Origin: Oikopleura dioica
Taxonomy: Eukaryota; Animalia; Chordata
Direction: 5' to 3'
Assembly: GCA_907165135.1 (NCBI GenBank)
Contig: OU015567.1
Span: forward strand, 8,866,001 to 8,930,000
Length of the DNA stretch: 64,000 nt
Under the pieces are notes generated by a model. The model made no database searches, was not told the DNA's origin, and saw only the letters and a list, made by a program, of their open reading frames with translations. Position 1 is the first letter of the stretch, and every line of letters begins with the position of its first letter. The position numbers were made by a program, and so were the translations under genes. Positions 46,019 through 59,000 of the stretch are shown here, one piece after another.

Positions 46019-48902
46019 AGTCAGAATTCCAGTGGTAAGAAAAAGTACACGGAAAAGTTCAATAAAGTACTTTTTCTTTCGATTTTTTTACCACTGATAT
46101 TCATTTTATATCTCTTTTATGTACTTATTAATGCTTCAACGAGATGATTATGAGGGTCATGAAAGTTAGGGATGAGCCGATGTTCCGCCGACCAAAACAT
46201 AATAAATAATATCGGCAGTTACAAATTTTGGGGTCGCGCGTTGACGAGATAGTAAGTAAACTTAAATCGCACTAGAATAAAAGACAATTTCTCTCTCTTT
46301 GCTCATCACGTTTTTTTCTTGTGAAAGTGTCGTGGAAATCCGTTTTTCCAGTGGCGGGATCTTTTGCGGCCCTGGAGATTTTTAAGCGCCTTGGCTCAAG
46401 CGTTTTTTCTCACAGCTACTCAAATTTTAAAAGTCTTGATCTAATTATAATTTTAGACAGGATCTCACCTAGAAAAGAGGGGTATTTTGAGACGTTTGTT
46501 TTCGGATGAGTTGGAAGGTGTAAGTTCAAACGTGGCGCAAGGCAGCGAAAATGTATAAATTCAAGATCTTGGACTACTTTTGGGAAGTGCAATGAAACTG
46601 AAAAGTGACCGGAACTCAGCGTGACTTGAAATTGATTGGGTTTTGATTGACGTTACAGTTTTTGGGTCAGTACGTGTAGATGGGTTAAAAGTCTTAAACT
46701 AAATGTTCAACACCGTGTTTTTAAGATTGCTTTAAGATATTTTTGGATCCTAAAATTAGCCTCAAACACATTTGCGCGAAAATTTAGGTCAACCTTTTTT
46801 CCTTTTTTTAGTTTTTGGTTAACTTTTGTACAAATTTCTGGTCCAAAACGCCAACTCCAAATTTCCAATCCAATTACGAACGTCTCTGACCTTTTCGTTG
46901 CCATAATTCGCTACATAATACTTCGTTACAACTCACAACTCCTAAAATGTTTATCCAAAAGCAGCACTTTTGGATTCTTCTAATCGCCGAAATTCTAAGT
47001 ATTTTCGCGAGGTGATTTCTAAAGCTCTTGACCAGCCATAATATCAATTAAATCTTTTTTGGCATTTTTCATTGCTGGCTAATTTTAGGCTTCCTGTCTT
47101 TTGCGGTTTTGAGTTTTCGGAAGCGAGATTTCGCGATTTTTTGATTATTTGAAATTTTTACCTGTCGGTTTTCTTCATTTGCATTCTCTTTGTTGATTTC
47201 AGCTCTCAAGTACAAAAAGATCTAATACAAAAAATAGGGAGCTCCTCGTCAAAGGGATGAAAAACTACGCGCGGCAGAAAAACGCGGCGCGGCGCTCAGG
47301 TCGGACGGACTTTCCTCCTCGCGAGCGCCCCCTGAGCCTTCTCGATCCACACTCTTTCTTTTTCAGAAGATTCAGAATTAGTGGAAGTAATAATGCGCAC
47401 GTAACCCGCCACTCGCGCGAATGTAATCATAAGCCACACTTGCGGAGATAAAAATTAAAATAACTTGCCATTATTTTCATTTTTCACGTTTAACCCTCTA
47501 AAAATGGATCGTTAATACGTAGGGTAAATCCGTATTTTGGTGAAAACGAAGGCGTTTTTATTTGAAAGCGGAAGATTCTTTCATTTATAATGCAAACTTT
47601 TTAGAAATTGAAATTTTCAAAAATCTGACCACCTGATTTTTGCCCTGAACAAACATAGTGACACCCTTATTCGATCCTTCCGAAAATGGCTTTCGAATTT
47701 TGTGAGAATAAACCTTTTTTTATTTATTTCTTGAATCGCTTAAAAAGATCAGAAGCAAACCCTTTTAGAACCAATTTGTTGGTCCAACCAAAATTTCATA
47801 GTTAAGGCTTTGTCCAGCATAATTGCGTAATTATGGGAATAGAGGGTGCGTTGGCGGATGGCGATTTGCATAATGCAATCGTTCGGGAGCATTACTCGCC
47901 AATCCCGGCTTTGAACTTCGCGGAAAAACGTGAATTTAACCAGCTTATCCTTTCATCATTTATTCAAGATTCCAAAAACGTCTGAAGCATCTTTCAAAAG
48001 CGCGAAATTCAAGGCAGAACCTGGCTTACTTCCGGCTTGGCGAACAAAATGACGTTAGGCATGCTTCTGAACAGGACGATTTCGCGAGTTGGGACTTCTC
48101 CGAATCTCTTGTAAATTAAGTCCCATCTGGATTTTGTCGACATTTAATCCTACGTGCGATTTTATCTAATCCCTTGTGAAACGTGTGAATGAAATTTAAA
48201 GCCCGGTCATTCCATCCGCGGATAACTTAAAAAAGTGCATGCCACTGCTGGAATTTCTCACATGTATATTCATCACTATACTCAGACAGAACTGCAGAAA
48301 TCAGAGTTTGTTTTAAATACGATGGGCGCGCTGTACCATGTCGAAGTAGAAAACGAATGAATAAGTTCCGAGCTGGTAACGACGCTTCCATTCCAAGAAA
48401 GTTTTTCTACTGTTCCGACTTCTGAATCTTTGAAACCGCTGATGGCGAATATTGAGGCGCTTGCTCTGGTCAACAAGTAATTGTTTAAAAAAATATGAAT
48501 CTCTTTTTGACCATTTACCCAAATGACAAAGCACGACTGCCTTCATCCAGACGATATTGAAGAGAACCAACTGTTGTCCAAGCATCATTTCTAAGCAAAT
48601 CGATGCGTTGAAGCTCATTTCCGTCTGAATTTATTCCTCCAAGAACGAGAACTCCATTCTCGACCTCCATACATGTATGACTTCGGCGAGCACTAATTTT
48701 TTGATAAACAGATTTTTTTGCTATTGAAATGAATTACATTGGATGTTGATAAGCAGTGTTAGTCCAGGTTAGATCGCTATCGAGTTGTTCAACTATCTTG
48801 TTTGTTATAGATTTTGAAGTTTGACTTCCACCGACTACCAGCGGCAAATTTTTGTATTTGATAAGACATGATCCTTTTCAGGAGTTCTTTCTTTTTAATA
48901 TT

Positions 48903-49900
48903 TTACAATTGAAGAATGTATGAACCCTTTATTTTATGATTGGCGTTTGTCATCGCGCTGAAGGTCGAAACAGAAGCACCGTCGAAAAACTCGCAAGTCT
49001 TGGTGTCATCAGAGAAACAGACTAAGACCCCAGCATCGCCCTTATGAACAATTCCCGATGATTTGTTATCCGCTGCAAGGGTGAGTCGAATTGACAACTC
49101 GGAGAATTCGCAGCAGCTTAATTTCGCAATCTCTTTTTTATGAAGTGGTTTTACTAAAAAAATACTTACCTTATAATAATCCAATGTTCCGCCAAAGACG
49201 TAGCTTTCATCTTTCCATACAATATGGAAAACTTTTTCAAAATAATAATCGGTCGGAGCTGAAATACTTTGAGTTGTTTTTGTCGACCCATCAGTCGAGA
49301 GAACATAATTTAGCCTTGTGGTTGCATCTTTATCAGCAAGAATAAATATTGAGTTTCGCTCCTTCATTTCCGTCGAACATTCAAGCTTGAGGGAGTCAAC
49401 TTGGTTTGCTCGTGTCGTAACGCGCATTGTTTCGAATTTCCTGTTTCGGCAGACACTTGCAGTCCTAAATATGCATTTAAAGTTGTCCAAAAATAATCGA
49501 TCAGTACCTTAAACTTAAGCCTACAGCAGTTACGGCTTTGTTATCAATTATCGTAAAATTATGTCTCTGAATAAGGAGGTTACAACTGTTGATGTAGACA
49601 TCGTAATCTTTCATCGTTATAGCGGCTTCAAATGTCATCATCTCCCCCAATTTGTCTCCCCCAGATATTGACAGTGTAATATTAGCTTGCATGTCTGGAG
49701 TTTTCCCGCTACTGGTCTTCATCGCCAATAATTTTACTTCCTTCTCAAAGCTCGCAGTGATGTTTTCAGCCGCGGCTTCTGTACAAGTAAGCTCTTGAGC
49801 CGATGTAAGGTGAACAATATCTCCATTTATGTCAATCAGGTGGACGACAAACGCTTGAGTTCCATCAAAACAGCTACTGTAAGATATTGTAGTCGTTCTT
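48903..49900 (-). CDS. Hypothetical or truncated gene with ZP-like Cys/beta region and a beta-propeller (Kelch/galactose-oxidase-like) fragment
   Basis: DVYINSC..FTIIDN..FKC..LECS, then YVFGG, IAKLSCCEF, LVCFSDDTKTCEFFDG; ends shortly after NANH. Family assignment is by eye only. Confidence 0.35.
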
Positions 49901-50063
49901 TGAAGCTGACATTTTTACGATGTCTAATGATCCTATGAAGACCTGCATAAATAAATTTCGTCTGACACTAGGTCTCTTCCTGACGGTAATAAACCTCTCG
50001 AAAGTAAAATTGTTGAACAATGAAGTGTGTATTTACAAAGAACATGTGTGAGTATTTTTCAGT

Positions 50064-53000
50064 TTAAACTTTCTCATGAATTCCTTCGATCATCTTGATC
50101 TTCTCTTGAATCAAAATTTCCAATTCCTCAGCGAGTTGTTTTTCTCCAGCTTTTGAAGCAAGAGCTTTTCCTTTTCGAAGCTGCTCTAGTTCGAGATTGG
50201 TTTCTCCTTCGAGTTCAATTAGATGATCACGGTGACGAGATTTGGTTGCTTTTGTCGGCTGACCATTTTGCATAATTGCCCTATAAAAATTGAATTCAAA
50301 GTGAAAAATAAGAAAAGTTTACCTTGACGGTTGTTCAGCGACAGCAAGCTCTTTCTTTCGATCGTATCTTAGATTGACAATTCCATCCTTGATCGGCTGG
50401 TAGCCCAAAGCAGGACCATAGACTCGTGATTCAAGAAGATCGTGATCCGCGGCGGCACGTGGATGATTCATGGATGTCGTCTTGGCAGATAGATGCAGCA
50501 AGATTCGGATAGTTTCAAAGAAAGCGGAAAGGAAACCGAGGTCGGAATCGTTGGTAAACTCGTTCACTTTCAAGTGCGCGGCAAAATGCGCGATGAGAAG
50601 AGCAAGTTGGCCTGGTTCTCTCATTCTTGAAACGTGGATGTATCCGAGGTTGGCTCTAGAATCGAAGAAATAGGAGTTTCTGAAGACATTATGACTGTAG
50701 TTCGTATGTGGTAGCGTTTCAGCGATCAGAAGCGTCGGAATCTGAGCGTTGACACGGGAGCAAAGTTCGTCCATAAGTCTCGTTGCCATTACGAAATTGG
50801 GCTTGAGCTCTTCAGGGCACTTTTCAATGACGGTCAATTCTCCATTTGTTGGATTTTCGATGTCGAAGACGTCGATAAACGGCATTCCAATAGATCCTTT
50901 CACCGGTTTATTTGCATCAAGCGTCATTTGCTCGGCAATTCGCTTTTCAAACTCTTCAATGCTCTTCATTACAGGCAATTCTTTCAAAATCGCGAGAGGA
51001 TTCGCTGCGTACTCGCTGACGTCAAGATGTAGAACTTGCTCACGAAGCTCTTCTTCTGTAGGAAGAGAAAAGTCAAGTTGGTTGAGATCGGATAACTCGG
51101 CTTCAAGCTGTGCTTTCTGGGCATTTTTGACTTGTCGAGCTCGGAGACGCTCTTCGATTTGTTTTCGATGAGCAGCGTGTCTGTTGGCGTACTTGGCGTT
51201 TAGAATGTCTTTTTGAGCATTGAGATCGGCCATAAGCTGATCAACGTCTTCGTCTGAAGCTGCTAAATTATCAGGTTAATAAAAATTTAAAATAAACAGT
51301 ATGAAAACTACCTTCTCGGATCTTTGATTGAGTTTTCTGCTCAAGTCGTTTTTCCTCCATCGCTTTTCGTTTTTCTAATTTTGCGCGTTCCGCAGCAGCT
51401 TCTTCTTGCGCCTTTTTCGCCATTTCTTCGTCCTTTCTGCGCTGCTCCGCCTCAAGCTGTTCGAGCCGTCTGAGCTTTTCTTTCTTCTGCCGTTCGATCT
51501 CAAGAGCCATTGCCTTTGCTGCTTCCTCTCTTGAGGCTTTTTCCATTTCAGCTTTTTGCTGCGCTTTGCGTTCTGCGTCAAGTTTCATTGCATACTCAGG
51601 TGATAGTTTTTCTAGCGCATCTTGGACCTCCTTCATTTGCCGTTCTTTCAACTCATTTTTGCGTCGAATCAGCTCAAGTTGATCTTCTGGTGTCATTTTG
51701 GCTGCTTTTGCAAGAAGCCGTTCAGTTTCAGCGTCGAATTTAGCCAGTTCTTCAGGATCGGTTATGTTTTCGCGAAGTTTCATGCGCTCTTCTCTGATCT
51801 TGTTCTGTTTCTCAAGTTTTGCCATTTCTTGGTCTCTGAAAAATGCCTGTTCTAAATCCTCCATTTCTCGTGCGTGTCGTTTTGCCATTATACGATAAAC
51901 TTCTGCTGGATCTGCTGCACCGCCGGCAATGTTCGCAAACTCTTCATTTTCTCGAGCAAGATCTTCTTCGCGTTTTTTCTTTGCGGCAGCTTCAGCGGCT
52001 CGTTTCGCAGCTTTCAGCGCAGCGAGGTCTTTCATTCGTTTTCGGAGAGCTTCCCGCTCTTGTTGTTTTTTGAGAGCTTCAGCGTCGTATTGGTCTTGAG
52101 CTTTTCTGAGGTGTTCTTGCATCAATCGCTCTGCATCAGAAGGATCGAGGTTTTCCTCTTCAGCTTGTCTTTTAGCTTCTTCTTCTGCCGATTTCAGCAT
52201 ATTTTCCTTCAGTTCATCATTCATTTCAGAGTCTTCCTGCTTTTCATCTGATTCAGATGCATCGTCAGACTGATGAATATCATCAAGGATTTTATCCGCT
52301 TCGGAAATACTCATTCCACGCTCAACCAGACCTCGTCTTTGCGCCAGCCTATCTCGGAGACGATCTTTTTGTCTCTGTCTTGCAGCATCAGCATTTTCTC
52401 GAGCTCTTCGCCTAGCTTCTTCAAGTTCTCGAATGAGCCTATCTTTTTCAGCTTGCGAGAGGTCGTCGTTGTCTTCAATTGCCTGTTGCATTTGCTTGAA
52501 CATTTCAATTTCCGCGATGTTTTGAGCCAGGTCGTTGATTTCCGACTGATGAATGTCAATTGAGTCCGTAGCGAGCTCAATTTCTGAAGCTTCAAGGTTC
52601 GCACTTGCCATAAGATCGGAGAACATGTCGTCAAGATCGTCTTCTTTGAGACCTGCTTGCTGGAAGAATGGCGCAATTTCTCGGCGGAAAATGTCTTCCC
52701 AGAGACTGTCGTCGATCTTTGACAAATGTTCGATTTTGTCTCGCGACATTTCATGGATCGCTTTGTGCCGTGCGGCCATTTCGTCGACGTAATCGTCCAC
52801 TTCCTGCTCAGTTAAAAGATTCGACAGACCAGCCTTGTCCAGCTCGCTTCGATGATCATTTTCGAATTTCCTTACCTTGAGTTTTCCTTCCCGTTTAGCC
52901 TCATCAACAATTCTAGCGGCTGCGATTGCTTTTGCTCTTTCGTTTTCCGCAATGATTCGTTTTGCTTGATCGTTGAACTGTCTGAAGCTTTCTTTGCGTG

Positions 53001-56000
53001 CATGTTGATCCGAGGGAATAGTGGACAAAACTTCTCTTCGTAGCTGTTCTAGCTCATCGCTCGCTTTTTTGTCGTACATTTCGTATGCTTCGTCCAATTT
53101 TTTGCCGTATTCCGCGTCAAGCATGTGTTTGAGAGCGTATTTGTTCTGTTCGACCATTTGGAAGATATCATCAGATGAAGATCCTTCTAGGTTCTTACTA
53201 CCTCCTTCAACAGCGATCTTGTCAGTATGGAACAAGCCATATTTACTGTTAGGTTCGAGAATCGTCACCATTTCTTTCAGCTTTTCAAGGAACTTTTCTC
53301 CGCGATCATCTCGTTTCTTTCGAAGACGGATATTCATATCGGCATTGATGACTGAAGAAGACTCGTAGATTGTTCCGCGAACAAGATCTTTGGCGATATT
53401 TGCGTTGACCTTTGCCATATCTTCGATGTATCCAAGAAGATTCAGCTGAAGAAGAACGTAGTGCAATTTGATATCAATTTGCTCGACAAATTCAGAGAAA
53501 ACTCGAGCTTGGGCAAGTTCGTGTCTCCGTTCAAGCATAGCTAGTTGATTCATATCTTCAGTTCCAACAATATCAGCAAGGCGGTCTTGATAATTTTGCT
53601 CTTCATCTTCAACTTTTTCGATGTAGTTGTAAAGTTTTCTATCAAGTCGATCGAGAGCGCTAGTTGCGTCTTCCAAGATTTTCTTTTCTATTTGATCGGA
53701 ATCGGTCAAAACGCTTACGACATTGCTTGAAACGGAGTTCTCAAGCTGCATAATTTTATTCTTTCTGCGTTTTTCTTCAATTTCGAGTAGTCTTCTGAGA
53801 TCTTTCGCTGTCTCCCTTATTTGCTGAGAGTAGTACTTAATGTCATCTTTGTCCAGTTTGAGGTTGACTAGATCATTTCTTATCGGAGTATTCTTATCAG
53901 CCAAGTCGACAGCAGTCTTGTCAGCAATGAGCTTTACTTTTTTGATGAAATTCATTCTGGCGCCGTATTCAAGTTCGAAGGCGTTAACGTAATTCGGAGT
54001 GTGTCTCGGTAAGAAAGGCCCAACTTGGATGACTTCCTCAACCACCTTCAACTTGTTGGACCATTTCAAACCAGTAACGTAGCCTGATTGTCCAGACTTG
54101 TTCTTAGTCTCTGTTCCAATAGTTACTGGCTCGCCAGATTTAGAAAGATAAAGAGGAATATCTTTCTCGTTTTCGTAATCGTAATGAATATTAAGAATCG
54201 GACAATCATTGACCTTCCAGCCGTGAATAACAGGAAGAAGCTTTCCGGTGTCCTTAAATTCCATGTATCCGATAACTCCGCCGAATCTTCCCAAATTCGT
54301 AAAATTACGCCATTGAGAATCAAGCAGAGATAATTTGGTCTGGGCATATTCCATTTGGCTTTGAACTGCAGAATTGATTCTATCAATAAGACTCTTGATT
54401 TCGCCAAGACTTGGATCTTCTTTTTCAAGCTCGTCGAGAAGAAGCTCAAATAAATGAATTTTTCTTTCGGCGACGAAATCCTGGTGATCTTTGGTTTCGA
54501 ACAGATAGAGTTGTCGCTGATCATCTTGATGATCTGTCATTCCGTACGGCTCTTGTGGAACAAGAAGGCCAGTGACAGCAGATGTTGTAGATTTGCCGAC
54601 AGGAACGCAGCTTTTATCGACAATTTTCGCGGCCATGATTGGGACAGTAAGACCAGTAGTACTGTCGATTACACTCTTCCAAAGTCGGAAATTTGCTGGA
54701 CTCTGAACTTTGACAGTCTGAAGAGCTTGATCGGAAGAATCGAAGGGTATCAACAGGCAGTTCGAAACATCTGCAGTGATTTCGTCGAAAACAAGAAGTC
54801 TGAGGCGCCCTGGATCGAGAAGAACATTTCCACGAATAGGGAAAATTCTGCCAGTAGCTGGTGAGATGCAGTGATTTTCCGTTATTGTGATAATAGCGTC
54901 TGTTTTGAGGCATTTTGCGCTCGATCCCGTGGCTGGAATAAGAAGTCCAGTCGATGCATCTTGAGAGATAAGATCAGACCTGAGCAGTTTTCCATCAGAA
55001 CCGAAAAGTTCTTCGCGACTGTATGTTTCTTCGTTATTTCCACCTTTCATTAATTTGAAATCGGATGTAAGCAAATCGCGCTGCTGGGACTCAATTTGAC
55101 CACGCATTTTCGAAGATATCTCGTCTTTTCTGTTCTCAGAAGTTGATGCCATGAGCTCAGTAGCGAGTGCCATGAAATTTGCATCAAATTCAGCGTCAGC
55201 TTTCAGTTTCTTACGCTCTGCTGTTGAAAGCGCCTTGAGTTGAGCAGCATTCGTTTCACCGATTGCTTTTCTGCGGGCAATTTCTCGCATAATCTCAGAC
55301 TCAGTTCTTGAAAATTCGTCGAGATCATCTTGACTTATGCCCTGGTTGTCATTATTCTTCATCTTGTTAAGTCGATTCTTCCAGATTCTCTTGAGAGACT
55401 CTGTTTCTGCTTCAGTCTGAGCATATGCAAGGTCAGCATTGGCAGCCTGGTCATCAAGTTCGATCTTTGCACGGTGCACTTCAGTGTCAATTAGACTGAA
55501 AACATTGTCAGCACGGAAGTCCTCGACCTTCTTTTGCTCTTTGTAATCAAAGAGTTCGTCTTCTGGAAGCTCATCTTCTTTTACAACTCCGATTTTTGCA
55601 GAAGGATGAAGTTTGTGTTCCATCTTTGTGTCAGCCTGGCGGCTGTGGTAGCCAAAGAGGTTCATTCCAAGATTGAAACGATGGTACCAAGTATCGGTGT
55701 AAACAGTTTGGTACCAACCATATCTGTCGGTAAGCCAATAAATAAATAGGCAGAGGAGAATAATGAAGAGAAGAAGACCGATGAAAGAGAAAATAAATAT
55801 CCAATCGGGTTCGAGTAACAATTGCTGATTCTGCTCAACATTCGCTTGGTTCAATGATCTTGGACTCGCAGAAAAGAATGGGCCTGTGCTAAAGCATGTG
55901 CCTTCCTCTTCCATAACTTGGATGTAAATATGACGGGCAGCGTCATTCTTACCAAGGCGAATAGAGAAAACACCGGGGCTTCTGAACTGATAAAAGAAAG

Positions 56001-59000
56001 GAGTCGGCTCTGTAACGGACTGTAAATCTTCTTCGAGCTGCAAGAATGCGCCATTGTCGAAGTCTCCTTCATTGAAGAGGATAGAATCATCATAAACAGG
56101 GAAGTTGTTTTGATCAACCATGAACATGACAACTTGATTTAGCTCGAAACAAACGACTGGTTGTTCAATAATTGATGCTCCAAGTCCTTCTCGGGGGGAA
56201 ATTTGATCAGCTTGTCTTCGTTTTCGTCGAGATGAAATGAGTAAATCAACAAGTTCAGAAGGATCAGGGTTGTATAAACCTAAGAACTGCTCATTCTCCA
56301 TCGAAACGATAAAAATTGACTGATCTAATTCTTCACTGTTTTCGCATACGACAGATTCGATATTCAGACCACCGATATCTGTTTCGATTCCGTCGATAAC
56401 AAATGTCGGTTCATCTCCATCAAGCGGATCTGGACACTTGAACTTGAAAATTTCTTCATTTGCTCTTCTGCAGTTGATATCACAGGTTTCGTCGAGAGGA
56501 CTAACTTTGCATTCACAGATTCCAAGCTGAGTATTGACACCGACAAAGGTACCCTCTGGACACCCGGAATTTCGGCAGTCTTCTTCAAGCGCATCTTCTG
56601 TTAGGCATTGACCGTTTGACTTTCGGAACTGATCGGAAGCGCAGATTTCATAAATTACTCGTCGACAATCACCTTCCTCGCCATCTTCTTCGGAAGCTTT
56701 ATAACCTGTTCGACATGGGCATTTTCCACTTGATGGTTGGAACACGCGGTTTTTGCCATAGCACTGACATTTGTTCATTCCTTCTTGTTTTTGTTCAGCA
56801 AGGTCGCCACAAGGAGAACATTCAAAGGATCTTTCATAATTTGAAAACGTATTTACAGGGCAAAGCTCGCAAACTTCTTCAAATTCTAAGCCGAGATTGT
56901 CAGTCTCATTCAGATTGTAATATGTTCCTTGAGGACAAGGTATCGGCTCGAGAGCTGCTTCTGGACAAAAGTAGCCATCAGGACACTTGATAGTGTTCGT
57001 GTTATTCGCGATCGTTACGTTCCATAAGTCAGTAATTGCTGGTGAGAAACAAAGAACACCACTTCGGCATGGTAAACAAGACTCTGTTACGCGAGTGTCT
57101 AGCTCCCTGTAATAACCGGGTGGGCAAGCTTGGCAAGTATCATCTTCCGATTCTCTCTTTGACTCTTCAAGCTCAAAGTATCCGGAAGAACATCGGCAAG
57201 GCGAAGTGTTATTTGCAGAAATACCGAGATCTTCGCCTGTAAATTCATCATAACCACATTGTCCGTCTTCTGGACAATATGTTCCGGGAGGACAAGTTGT
57301 TGGGAACGCTGAACCTTCCGGGCAGTAATAGCCAGCTGGGCACTTTTCGATCTTGTTTGTTCGGTCACAGAAGTATCCTTCTGGACAAAGTGCTGGTTCG
57401 GTAGAATTTAAATCTGCCACAGTTTCAGTTTCAACGCAATAAGAGCCTTCTGGGCATCCGAGCTGATAGTCCATTGCTTCATCGGGACAGAAATATCCAG
57501 GAGGACAAGGAGTGCACTCCAATATATCTTTCGAAGCTGTCTTCGCGAGGAAAAATCCTGGTAAACATGGTTCTTGAAAGTCCATGCTATCTGATCCTGT
57601 CTCATTAATGAAATAACCGGCTTGTGCTGGGAATCGCTCGGGCTCAGTCATTCCTTCATGGGGACAGGTGTGACCGACTGGACAAGGCTTACATGCACCA
57701 GCTTCAGATTTTCCTGATGTTTCGTCATTGTATGTACCTTCTGGGCAAGGAAAGAATTTTCCGTCTTCGCACCAGCCTCCTTTTCCACACTCAGCTACTG
57801 TTTTGGCGCTTTCAGGACAATATTCACCATCCAGACAAGGTTTGCAATCAGCGTCACTTGGCTGACCGGTACCTTTGATGAATTCTCCGTCATCACAGAT
57901 TTGAGTTTCGTTTGTGCCCTCAGGACAGTAGTACCCATCTGGGCAGATCTTGTCGGGATTGTCTTGATTTGGAGTTGACGAACCCCCGTAGCACATCGTT
58001 CCGCCATAACAATCTCCTTCGATAAAACCGTTGTTACAGTACTTTCCTGCTGGACAAGGCTTACAATCGCTCTGACGACCCATATTATTTGATTCATCAT
58101 TGTATGTTCCTGGCTCACAAAAGGACGAGAATGACGAAGAACTGCAGAATTTACCAAGAGGACACTGCTCGGGGAAAGCAGTTCCGGCCACGTCGGCCAT
58201 CGAACCCTGTGGATTTGGAAGACAGTCTCCTTGGCCGGCAGCTGATTGATATCGAGTTTCTCGGCATTCTTGGTGTCTTCCAGCTTGGCAGGAGCTACCT
58301 GGGCGACAGATAAAGTTCATTGGATCTGGAACTGTAATGAGTGTATCATCAGTTACATTTTGTGGGTCGCAATAGAAGCCATCTTTGCATTTAAAGCTGT
58401 TCAGTGGATATTCCAACGAGTTCATCGATTTATACGGACAGTAGTTGCCAGCAGGGCAAGGATCACACGAATCCGCAGATTCAAGCAATTTTGCCTGACC
58501 ATGACGGCCAGGAGCACACGGTTTCGGAAGAACAGTTCCGGCTTCGCAATAATATCCCCTCGGGCACTCGCCATTGCCGTTTTGGTCAAATGATGGTTTT
58601 CCTGATGAAGCACCGCGCCTGCAGAAGTAACCAGCCTCACAAATATCTATGTGATTCTCACCCTCGCAGAAGTGACCCGCTGGACACTGTTTACATTGAC
58701 TCGACTCATAAAGACCAGTGACATTAGAATAAAATCCAGGAGAGCATGGGATTGGGTTTTCAAGTCTAGCAGGACAATAATGACCGACTGGACAAACTTC
58801 TGGCTCGTGTGTTCCAAGTTCTTGGCAAAAATAACCTCTTGGACATGGCTTGCAGTCAGATTGAGCATATTGATCTTGGTAATATCCACGAGCGCAGATG
58901 TCAAGCTGCTGTGCTGCTGATCGTTGATGACATCGGAATCCTTTCGGACATGGGAATCCAGTGTATCCAAGGTCGTATGCTTTGTCGATACAAGCTTGTC

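Noticed and set aside
46749-47089. 13-bp inverted repeat CCTAAAATTAGCC / GGCTAATTTTAGG
   Set aside because: Short, AT-rich, no TSD; too weak to call an element, although a similar word occurs near 11772.
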